Positions 48,701 to 61,060 of a stretch of DNA of 64,000 nucleotides are shown piece after piece. Source of the stretch: Thalia democratica (lineage: Eukaryota). How positions within the stretch are numbered: position 1 is the stretch's first letter; each line of letters opens with the position of its first letter. The notes beneath the pieces are model-generated. The model had not been told where the DNA came from. It saw nothing but the letters and a program-made list of their open reading frames with translations, and did no database searches. The DNA lies in the NCBI GenBank assembly GCA_965202585.1, contig OZ241829.1, forward strand, positions 73,160,001-73,224,000, given 5' to 3'. The translations under genes and the position numbers were made by a program.

Positions 48701-51700
48701 ACCCTGCCCTTTTGAACAATGTTTTGCATCGACTGACAACTAGATGCAAAAAGTAGTGCGCATAGTAGCTTTTTGAAAAACTATAGGGGAGACGATTGCT
48801 GTTTAAATTTTATAAAAGTGATTGTTACCTAATTTGGCTTTAGAAGTCTTGATAAAGATCAAAGCTACACAAATGTACTTAACTTCATTTGTTTAAGATC
48901 ATTTAGGACATAACATCTTAAGTAGTAATTCTCAGTGAGCTTAACTAATGAGATATGTTAGCTTACGCAACATGTTTTATAAATTTCAAAACTTACTTGG
49001 AGTGTTTGCATCATCAACGGCATTCTTTACCATTGATGTCAGCTTGAGAGATTGTTGATTCCTTCCACAAAAACAAGCTGCCATCCTCTGTTAAACTGTT
49101 GAAAAATTAACATTTGAAATATTTATTTTAATATAGGTGATAACTTTTCCTTTAGTTTAATAGTTACGAAGTATCTACCACTAATGTATAACTATTTCAG
49201 CTTAATAAATAAATTAAAAACTATATATTTTCTTTTATTTAAAATGCAAATACCTATTGTATTAATTAATTCTACTGCTAATGTGTATATATTTTAACTT
49301 AATAATTAAATTTAAAAATAGAGGTTTTCTTTTAATTAATATGCAGTACATTTCAAAAACAACACACGTCACCACTACTTACAACATACAAATATAATCT
49401 AAAAACATCTTGCTTAAAACCTTCAGTTGTTTTTAAAAGGTATTTTAATTTAACAGTACGTGACACAAAATATTTTTTATAATTCTGAATTAATAATCGT
49501 AGATTCATTTTAACAATATGTGTAAGTCTAATAAAGTAGAGGTAATTTAAAAAACTCTATAATGCTAAAAATAAAACTTAATACTTTCATTGTATGCTAT
49601 AATTAACGATTGAATGGTAATTAAGTACTAGTTTAATTTTAGTTTGACTAAGCAGCTGCAGTAAAACATGTAATATTTTGAATAAAAAACGTATTTCTCA
49701 ATATTAATTTAGCTACTTTACAATATTTGTAAAAACATCGTGTTTAAAAGTATAAATGAAATATTAACTATTAATGTCAAAATTCTAATTACAATGACTA
49801 GATTGCAAAATATTTCCGTGTTGCATTAACAGATTATTATAAAAATATTTTTTCAATTGTTGTAGTTAAACAAATAATGCAGATAAAACATCGAGAAACT
49901 TGTCTGACGATACTAAAACATTTATCTCGTTATTTTTCTACAGTTTTGAATTAAAAGCAAACTAAAAAATCTCAAGAAACACTTTTTTTAAAGCCGCGCG
50001 TAAAAAAGATGGCGACAATACTTGAGCGCAAGAAGTTTGCGATTTTTTAACTTAAAACTGCTGCTTCACAAAACTTAAGTAACGTCACAAAACTTCAGCT
50101 GAAAAAAAAATTGTTACGTCACAAGCGGCTTTTACCTCAAGAACCGAAGCGTTTTAGTTTCACATAAAGCATGTTGGGCCGCGCTCGGCAGGCCTTAAAA
50201 TATTTGGAATTAGATAAACCAGCAATGAGATAATTGTGTGTGCTGCCACTTTGAATGTTACTCATACTGTGAAGGCGTTCAATCGTTGGTGACGTCACTT
50301 TAAAGTCAATCTGATATATGACGCAAGGAAAAAATGTGAGAGAATTTTTTACGCTGCCTCGGTCTACCTACCTTTACGCAATTCTTATTTTTTGTATGAT
50401 TAAAAGATAATAATAAACATAGCAATTAAAACGAAATTGAATATGTAGTCAAAATATAATAAGTAAAACTATTAATGGTACTAAATTTGAATCCGCACGC
50501 AGGCTAATATGAACAAATACAAAAATTAAGTTTAAGTATAATTTTAGGCCTAATAAAAACAACTACCATAAGTAATTTCAAGCATGTATTTTGGCTAATA
50601 AAAACAAATATAACTATAATCATTAAATTTGAGTAACAGAAGTGTGAGATAGATTTATGTGACGCAGATGACAAAACGAGTGAAATTATGTCAGTGTAAT
50701 CCTCAATGGATCAATCATACTACAATATTAGACTTACACTGGACGAGCCGACGACGGTCACTATAAAGTTGTCGGTGTGTAGGAATCAAAAAAAATATAT
50801 ACAATATCGAGTTACCATTCTCCTAACTACGAGGACTACCTTCCATTTCTCGATGGGTGTCAGAAAAGCATGGGTCGTCACAGAGTGTCACTTTAGCACG
50901 GGGTGACACTTTAGCGCTGATAGACCATTTACCAAGGGTCGTCATTTAACTACGAAGCAAAACTAAAGCACAGATTGACACTTTAGCATAAAGTGGCACT
51001 TTGGCACAGAGTGACACTTTGGCACGGAGTGACACTTTAGCGCGAATAGACCTTTTACCAAGGGTCGTCATTTAAGTACAAAGCAAAACTAAAGCACAAA
51101 GTGACACTTTAGCGCGGATGTACCCCTCGAAGGCTGTCATAATATAAAGAAACGTAAACTACATAACCAGGGTGTCGGAAAGGAACAGCGCTACTTTAGC
51201 ACGGGGTGACACTTTAGCACAGATCGTCATTTTAGCGCAAATTGACACTTTAGCACGGTGTTACACTTTAGCGCGATTGACCTTTTAAAACGGGTCGTCG
51301 TTTAAGCAAGGAGTCACACTTTAGACGGAGTGAAATTTTAGCACGAAACAATTTCAGCTTCACTTTATATCAAACGATCAAATTTCGAAAATAGTTAGCA
51401 AAACAATAACTAAAACTATAAACAAACGTGAAGTACTTAACCAGATGTCAAAAAAGCACATAGCCACTTTAGCACGGGTTGTCACTTTAGTTATAGGTAA
51501 AATTTTAGTACGGGTCGTTATTTAAGTAGGGAGTGACACTTTAGCTTCACTTTATACCAAATTATCAAATTTCCCAAATGATCAATAAAACCAGTCTATT
51601 TGTAATTTATAATAAAAATAAAGCCAAGCAGGCGTTTGCACAAGTTTGCACGAGTTACAATTTTGCAGGAGGGTCATTTTGCGAGAACAAAAAAAAACAC

Positions 51701-54700
51701 AAAAAAAAAACTGAAAGGTAAATTAATAAAAGAAAAACAAGAAGAAAATTTATGGGTAACAGTGATAGTAAAAAAAAATAAATTAATAAAATATTTGATA
51801 AAAAAATTTAACCTGTGCAAAACTTTTTTTTGTGCAACAGTATCTTTGTGTATTTTTGTGCCCTAGTACAATTTTGTCCCCTCGTGCAAAATTGACAGAT
51901 ACCATTCAAACAGACTTGGGAGTGATTTTAACGTCACATTAGAAACTTTAAATAGACTTGTGAATGATTATGACGTCACACTAGAATTTTTAATCAAGCT
52001 TGTGAGTAATTCAACTCACAAAATTTTTACGACATAAAGTAAGGACATTCAAAAATAAAACATCAATGAATATGAACACTGAACATAGATAAAATGAACG
52101 TAAATAACATGTACACAAAAAACATGCATGGTATCAAAATATAAATAAGCGAGCTCACAGAAAAAACAATTCCTGCCAGAACCGCAACCCACTATGGAAT
52201 CCCTGCAACCTACCAAGGAGAAACAAAGTCAGCATTATCTTGTTGCAAAATAGGTTACATATATATATATATAGTATACAAAATAGGTCAAAAACAAAGC
52301 TTTCTAAAGAGTTCTCGCTTGAATGATTACAAAGTGAGAAAGAAATTGTTCGTTCACATAAATAACGACGGTGGACAACTAAAAGTCATAATCACTCGCA
52401 AGTCTGTTTGAAAGTTCTGGTGTATGTAAAAAGAATCTCTATGTGTCTGTGTAGATTATACTAGGCTAAACTCTTTAAAATTATTTCCGTAAAGATAGAT
52501 TTATTATCGGCTATCATTTCAATGGGAACTAGTTTTGTACACAGTTAAAGTTTGACCATTTCAAACAAAAACATTTAGTACAATTCAGTACTTTAAAAGT
52601 TTTTAATAGTAACAACAGAAGGGATTTGAACAACGAAAGTTAGAAAAGATGCGAAACAATTAACAAATCGAAAAATTTAAAGACACTATTTTTAGTGCTG
52701 CTCAAATTTCACATACTAGCAATACATGTGATTTGTTTTGCATTTACTGATTTGAATAATTGGGTAGTTTACTGCAGAGTGTTTGTAATAACTAGTTGTT
52801 TAAATAATAATTATATAAAGTATGTGTTTTGTGGGCTTATTATTTATCTACCAAACTAAAACTGTTTCACACTAAACTATAATAACGAATCAAAAACATT
52901 AAATCAATAAGAATAAAAAGCAAGTAAAACTACAACTTTTTAAAATAAATTTATACAGGAAATGACAAAATATTATGAACATAGTAAACGGGGATGATTT
53001 TAATATATATACTAAGATTACTAAAGTAGTCCGTATTTTTCCCTTTTGGGAAGTATATCTTAGCAATTATGTGGGTAATAAGCTGCAAAAAAGGGGCGAA
53101 CGGTGTCGAGTAGAGTTGGTATGGCAAAACTGCTTTGCAGAATAGTGTTTTCCACTAGTGTTAACAATGATGTGACGCAGTGCTTGTTAGTATGCAGAAA
53201 TTTACAATTTTATTTATAAATTATATTGAACGGTAGTCTTTTTAAAAGCTCGGAGAAAAAAGTGATTGCTTTTTAATGTTTGAAAAATCCCGATGGATAT
53301 CATAATTAAACAAATTATCTTAATTTTACTTTTATAAATTAGCGAAAAAACATCACAAGTAGTAGTTCTTAACGGTTCTTATATGTTCAAAGACAAAATC
53401 TTGCAACAAAAAACTTAATTGTGATAACTTGAATAATATTGATTATAGATATCAAAACTTACTTGAAGTTTTTGCGTTATCACACCTACTGATTCCCAAG
53501 ATTGACGCTAGCTTGAAGAATTTTTGCTTTCTCCCTGCAGTTGTGGAAAAATTATCATTTTTAAATATTCAGCTTCAAGTAAATTCTAGCTTTATATATC
53601 ATTTGAGGATTACAAAGTTTTGACAGCTAATCTATAAGTGTCTTACTTTAATAGATAAAGTTTATTGTATTATCTAAGAAAGGACTTACTTATTTAATAA
53701 ACTATTACAGCTTTGGCTTTAAAAAGTTGTAAAAATTATATAAGGTTAGATTTTTAGTCGTTAGGAGTTTCGTTGAAAACATAAAAAATTTAGTTAACAA
53801 ATAAAAAATTTCTCAAAGTAATTTTATATACCTTAAAGCTGCTTTGAATTTCTGTTATTAAAAGGTGCAAAAAACATCAAAAATAATAATTATGAGTAGG
53901 CCGAGCGTAAAAAAGATGGCAGCGACGTTTTAGCGAGTTAATTTTTAACTTAAAACCGCTACAACATGAGCTTAAAGTTTAGTGACGTCACAAAACTTCA
54001 GCTCGAAGAAAAAGGTGTTTGTTACGTCACAATTGACTTTTGCTTCCGAGCAGCCGAAGCGGTGAAGCTTCAGAGTTCAGATTTGAAACAGCAAGCTGGG
54101 CCGCGCTTGGCGACCCTTCAAATTAGATATTTAGCAGAATGCTTTCTAAAACCAAAGCAGGTAGCACTTTTTATTTTAATTACACTTTGAAAATTGCAGC
54201 AACGCGTCTTTTTAAGCGTAATTTTTTATAGAACTCTAAATTTTAAGTGTAATGTTAGTTTTTGTAAGTTTTTTGTACATTTTTTATTATAAAAATGGTT
54301 AAAAAAACACAAATTTTTAGTTAAGTACAACACAATTTTAATAAACTTTTAAATTTTTTTAACAAATTTATTTTATCAGCTAAACTCCCACCTAGAAAAG
54401 CAATTTAAATAACGATTTTGTAAATAGTATCTTATTGTGCTACGTTTTTTATGCTATTACTTATTAAGCTTTTAGTTTTAGTTTCAGTAAAAGAATATAT
54501 TTAATAAGTTGCCATATTAATATTTAAAGTTTGATGTAAAAATAAGATTAAACGGTAGTCTTTTCTAAAGCTTAGAGAAAAGAGCGATTGTTTTTAAAGT
54601 TTGAGAAATCCCGATGGATATCATAGTTAAACAAATTATCTTGATTTTATTTTTATAAACTACCGAGAAAACATCACAAGTAGTAGTTCTTAACGGTACT

Positions 54701-57124
54701 TATTTGACCGAAGACAAAATCTTGCAACAAAAAAATTTAATTGTGATAATTGAATTACATTGATTATAGATATGAAAACTTACTTGGAGTCTTTGCTTTG
54801 TCCCACCAACTGATTCCCAAGATTGAAGAACTTTTGCTTTCTCCCTGCAACTGTGGAAAAATTAACAGTTTAATTCATTTAGTTTTAAATAAGTTTTAGC
54901 CTTATATTTAGTTACAGATAATTTAACTGATCCATCTTTGTCAAAAGCAGATTTGTATTTTGTTAGTAGGTTCTTTTAGTTTAAAGTTCAACATAGATGA
55001 AGATAAAAGTGAACTGAAGTTTGTTTATACACTCTTATCTCGAAACTAACTAAAATGTAAAATATAAGTCAACCTTTTACGGGATTCAGCAGAGTTTCGA
55101 AGGTATAAAAAGATTCGTGTGACGCAAATGACTAAACACGAGAGAAGAAGCGAGATGAGTGAAAGAGACATAAAGAAGCATTCGAAACAGCACTCTCGAA
55201 GGAGCAGCCTACAAATACGGTTTATAATACTGAGATACCAAAAACATTGCTTAACAACTTTCAATTGTACACCGTTTGTCAACCGTGACGCATGTTTAAT
55301 GTATATATAATTAAGTGGTAACAATCAAAAAACTCCCGTTTCTTCACAGTGAGTGACGGTTAGGTGTAAAGTAATGAAAACTGCCTGACCAATTAAGACT
55401 TTCAATACAAATACCTCAATAAAACTGACAGATGACGTCATTAGCCATTATGACGTCACACCTTAAACAGAATTGTGAATAATAAAAGTATAACAGAGTA
55501 ATAATAAGCTTTTTGTTTGCGCTTAAGTGAACTACATGGTAACTCACAAAATTGTTATGACCTGAGCTATTGACATTCAAACACAAACATTAATGAATAT
55601 GAATATGTAAATTATATAAAAAAATAATATGAATGTAAAGAATATCAATGACATCAGTATAAATTTTTTGAACAAAAAGAATACTAGTGATACTAAAACT
55701 TTAATAAGCTTAATAAAAATGAAGTCCGTGTAAAGGATGTGACGTGTAAAAGGGACGTAAGAAAGTGCCTGGATACGAAAAACACAAAAAAAAAAGATAT
55801 ACTTGAGTTTGTATTGAAATGCAATAAATATTGAACAAAAACTTAAGACAAAAACAACTAAAAGTTTTTGATATAAATTAGAAATAAATTTTGATTATGT
55901 AAACAGTTATAGGTTTCATCAGAAATTACTCAATTTAATTAATTAGTATTTTAACTAAAATTATCATACGTACAAAAATAAAAGTAAAGTAAACAATAAG
56001 TAAAATTTAACAAGCGACAAAATAGACAAAAATATTTTTAGTTTTATTTTGTTAAGCACTTAATGATTATCATCTAAGCGTTTCAGAATCCTTTTTTGTA
56101 CAAACAATTAGGCCTAATTTATACAAGCAACAGTGTGTTTATAATCTAATATAATCTGTTAAATATAATCTTTATAAGTTGTTATAAGTCTTGTTTGTCG
56201 CTTATTCTATTTTACTTATTGTTTGTCTTACTATTAATTTTCTACCGAGGCTTATCTTAGTTGTATAACTAATTAAATTATAGTTATGTAATTGTAAACA
56301 ATTAGTCTATCTCTAGTTAATTTTCTTGATGTCTAATTTTAATAGTTAAGTATTTTCTGATGAAACATACAAATGTTTTATTACTTAAAGCTTATTTTTC
56401 AAAATTAGTTGCTAAAAAAGTAGTTTTAATGGTTTGCTGAAATTTATTTTACTCGTTTGCTCAATAAGTTTGTTTTGAGTGAATGTAGTCTAAGTTTTTG
56501 TTTTATAACTGTAGTACTATAAAAATATTTGGCAAAAAAAAAAGTACAATTTATATGAAATTTGAAACTCAATTTAGATAAAATTTGATTATAATTAGTA
56601 AGAGCGGTCTTTTTTATGCCCTATGGAACAGTGTTTTGCATCGACTGACAATTAGATGCGAAAAGTAGTGCGCATAGTAGCTTTTTGAAAAACTAAAGGG
56701 GGGACGATTACTGTTTAGGTTTCTTAAAAGTGGTTGTTACGAAATTTGGCCTTGGAAGTCCTGATAAAGATCAAAGCTACAAGCTACACAAATGTACTAA
56801 ACTTCATTTGTTTAAAATCATTTAGGATAAAACATCTTAAGTAGTAATTTTCAGTGAGCATAATTAATGAGATATGTTTGCTTACGCAGCATGTTTTATA
56901 AATAAAGAAAGTTTACTTGGAGTGTTACTATAACTGCATCCTTCAACATTGATGTCAGCTTGAAAAATTGTTGATTCCTTCCACGAAAACAAGCTGCCAT
57001 CTTCTGTTAAACTGTTGAAAAGTTAACATTTGAAATACCTGTTTTAATACAGTTAATAGCTTTTTCATTCGTTTAAAAATAACGAAACTTCTACCACTAA
57101 TGTGTAACTACTTTAGCTTAATAC

Positions 57125-57550
57125 ATAAATTTAAAACTAGAGATTTTCTTTTAATTAGTATTTAAATACCTACTGTATTAATTAATTCTACTACTAACGT
57201 GTAAATATTTTATCTTAATAAATAAATTAAAAACTAGAGATTTTCTTTTAATTAATATGAAAATACCTACTGTATTAATTAATTCTACCACTAATGCGTA
57301 AATATTTTATTTTAATAAACAAATTAAAAACTAGAGATTTTCTGTTAATTAGTATGCAAATACCTACTGTGTAAATTAATTCTAATACTAATGTGTAAAT
57401 ATTTTAACTTAATAAATTTATTTAAAAATAGATTTTTTCTTTTATTTAATATGCAAATACCTACTGTATTAATTAATTCTACTATTAATGTGTAAATATT
57501 TTATCTTTATAAATTAATTTAAAATTAGAGATTATTTTTTAATTAATATG
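57125..57550. repeat. ~97-bp tandem repeat, five copies (two at ~49210-49340, one at ~41265)
   Basis: Recurrent aaaactagagattttct...aaatacctactgtattaattaattcta...taatgtgtaaatatttt with ~97-bp period. Confidence 0.8.
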
Positions 57551-60499
57551 CTGTACAATCCAATTACAACACACGTCACCACTGCTTACGACATATAAAT
57601 ATAACTTAAAAACATCTTGCTTGAAACCTTCAGTTGTTTTTTAAAAGTATTTTGGTTTAACAACACGTAACACAAAAGATTTATTTTTAATTTTTAAATA
57701 ATAATCGTAGAATTCATTTAAACAGTATGTGTAAGTCTAACAAAGTAGAGATAATTTAAAAAATTCAATGTTGCTTAAAACAAAACTTAATACTTTCATT
57801 GTGTTCTATATTTAACGATTAAATGGTAATTAAATACTACTTTAGTTATAGTTTGACTAAGCAGCTTCAGTAAAACATGTAATAATTTGATTAAAAAACG
57901 TATTTCTCAGTATTAATTTAGCTACTTTACAATATTTGTAAAAACATCATGTTTAAAAGTATAAATGAAATATTAACTATTAATGTCAAAATTCTAATTA
58001 CAATGACTATATTGCAAAATATTTCCGTGTTGCATTAATAGATTGTTATAGAAATATTATTTTCAATTGTTGTAGTCATACATAACATTTAAAAAACTAT
58101 TGATAAAACATTGAGAAACTTGTCTGACGATACTAAAACATTTATCCCGTTATTTTTCTACAGTTTTTACGTTATAAGTAAACTAAAAAATCTGAAGAAT
58201 TACTTATGTTAAAAACCGAGCGGAAAAAAAGATGACGACAATACTTGAGCGCAGGAAGTGTGCGGTTTTTTAAATTAAAACTGCTGCTTCACAAAACTTA
58301 AGTGAATTCACAAAACTTCAGCTGAAAAAAAAACTGCTTGTTATGTCACAAGCGGCTTTTACCTCAAGAACCGAAGCGTTTTAGTTTCACAGAAAGCATG
58401 TTGGGCCGCGCTCGGCAGGCCTTAAAATATTTGGAATTAGATAAACCAGCAATGAGATAATTGTGTGTGCTGCCACTTTGAACCTTACTCATACTATGAA
58501 GGCGTTCTATCGTTAGTGACGTCACTAAAAAGTCAATTTAATATATGACGCAAGGAAAAAATGTGAGAGAGTTTTTTACGCTGCCTCAGTCTACCTGCTG
58601 TTTGGAAATTTTAATTTTTTATATGATTAAAAGATAATAATAAACATAGCAATTAAGATGAAGTTGTATATGTAGTCAAGATAAAATAAATTAAACTATT
58701 AATGATACTAAATTTAAATCCGTACGCAGGCTAGTATGAACAAGTACAAAAATTAAGTTTAAGCATGTTTTTCGGCTGATAAAAATAACTATTAAAAGTA
58801 ATTTTAAGCATGTATTTTGGCTAATAAAAACAAATATAACTATAATCGTTAAATTTGAGTAACAGAAGTGTGAGATAGATTTATTTGACGCAGATGGCAA
58901 AACGAGTGAAATTATGTAAATGTAATCGTCAATGGATCAACCATACCACAATATTAGACTTACACTGGACGAGCCGACGACGGTCACTATATAGTTTTCG
59001 GTGTATAGGAATCAAAAAAATATATGTAATTGGATTACCATCTTCCTCACAGCGAATAACACCTTCTCTTCCTCGATGGCTGTCATAAATGGGTGTCAGA
59101 AAAGCATGGGTCGTCACAGAGTGACACTTTAGCACGTAGTGACACTTTGGCACGGAGTGACACTTTATCGCGGAGTGACACTTTGGCACGGATAGACCAT
59201 TTACCAAGGGTCGTCATTTAAGAACGAAGCAACACTAAATCACGGAGTGACACTTTAACACGGAGTGGCACTCTCGCACGGTGTGAAACTTTGGCTCAAA
59301 TTGACATTTTAGCTCGGTGTCACTCCATTCTAACACTTATATCGTTTAAAAAACGATTATGTTTGATTTGACAAAAACATACCGAATGCTTATGTAATAA
59401 AAAAAATGTTTAGTATTTCAAAACAAAAGATAATCATTATTAAAATAATATTTTGTGTAAAAGTGTCACAAATTTAAGCTAAGGAATCGAAGTATATATA
59501 TAAACAATATTTCAAACAATTTGACTTATAAACTTTTAAAGCACATTAGGGACAACGATAAGGTATGCTTTTGAATCGAAACCTAAATTACAAAATTATT
59601 AGTTGTGTTACACCTAAATTGAGTCATATAAACATCATGTTTATGTTCAAGTAATTTAAAATACTATCTTAATAATAATACTACAATAAATGTGTTTTTT
59701 CTGTAGCGTATTTTATTGATGTACCACCTATTGTATGTAAACTAAGTAAATGAAAAAAGCGGTGTAAGTAGAAACTATTACTATAAATCTAAATCAATAA
59801 TAAGCAAAAATATTTAATGGATGTAAAATAAATTTTAATGAAATAACTTATGTACAATGACAATAAATTAACTAACCAGAGGGTTCATGCTAATGTTCCA
59901 TTTTCATAGTTTCTGATTACAAAAGACGTAGTTGATTTTTTTTGTTGACCCGTCTCTTGACTGTTGAAGTAAAGTTTGTTGAATAATTGTTAGTTTATAT
60001 AAGCTTTTTTATTGACATTTTAGAACTTATAGAACTACATTATGAATGTGGATCGTAAGCTGGTTGTTTGCTTCAACGGTTAAAAGTAGAAGTTAACAAA
60101 CGAAATTATTTTTTCAGAGTTTTTGTTAATAGTAGTAGTACTGTACAGATAACTTAAAATATTCCATTTTTAATAACAAAAACTTTGTTTTAAATTTTAA
60201 GAAAAAAAGTTTGGAATGTTTATTTATTGGTATCAGTTAGCACAACGCAGAGTAAAGTTGCTAAATATTAAAACAAAATATCACATAAATTTTATTTCTG
60301 TATAATGATTTATGAATGTTTAGTTAAAAATAATTATGTCATTAAGAGTCAAGTGTAAAAGTTTGTATTAAGGTTTAAATTTAAAATTACATAAGTTAAT
60401 TAATAAGGTAAAAAGTGATTGTAGTGTCACATTAAAACCTTTTAACGGACTTGCGAGTGTTTTTGACATAACGACAGAAATTTCAATCAGAGTTGGGAG

Positions 60500-61060
60500 A
60501 ACTAGTGACGTCATATCAGAACCTTTAAACAGGAAAACGGGTCAAATATGCACCAAGACAAAACTACACCAGGTTACTAAATTGCACGAGGGCGCAAGAT
60601 TGCATGGAAATAATTTTGCACGAAGACAAGCTTGCACGAGGGGACAAAATTGCACGAAGACAATTTTGCAGGAGGGTCATTTTGCGAGAGAGTGAAAAAG
60701 AAAACACAAAAATAAAACTAAAAAATAAACAAGTAAATAAAAAAAACAAGAAGAAAAGGTTATGGGTAACAGTGATAGTAAAAAAAATGAAATTAATAAA
60801 ATAATTAAAAATAAAAATTCAACCCGTGCAATTTTTTTTTTGTGCAAAAGTATCTTCGTGTATTTTTTTGCCCTAGTACAATTTTTTCTCTTCGTGCAGA
60901 TACCATTCAAACCATTGACAGATACCATTCAAACAGACTTGGGAGTAATTTTATCGTCACATTAGAACCTTCAAACACGAGCTGTGAGCAATTGTTACGT
61001 CACATTAGAAACTTCAAGTAGACTTGTAAGTGATTATGACGTCACACCAGATTTTTTTAA
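60500..61060 (-). promoter_or_regulatory. B-type module built from tandem ~42-bp CRE-containing monomers; paralogues at 30030-30100, 44340-44840, 51925-51990
   Basis: Repeated [T(G/T)ACGTCACAT(T/C)AGAAC(C/T)TT.AAA...GACTTG.GAG] units followed by a conserved downstream block. Confidence 0.5.
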
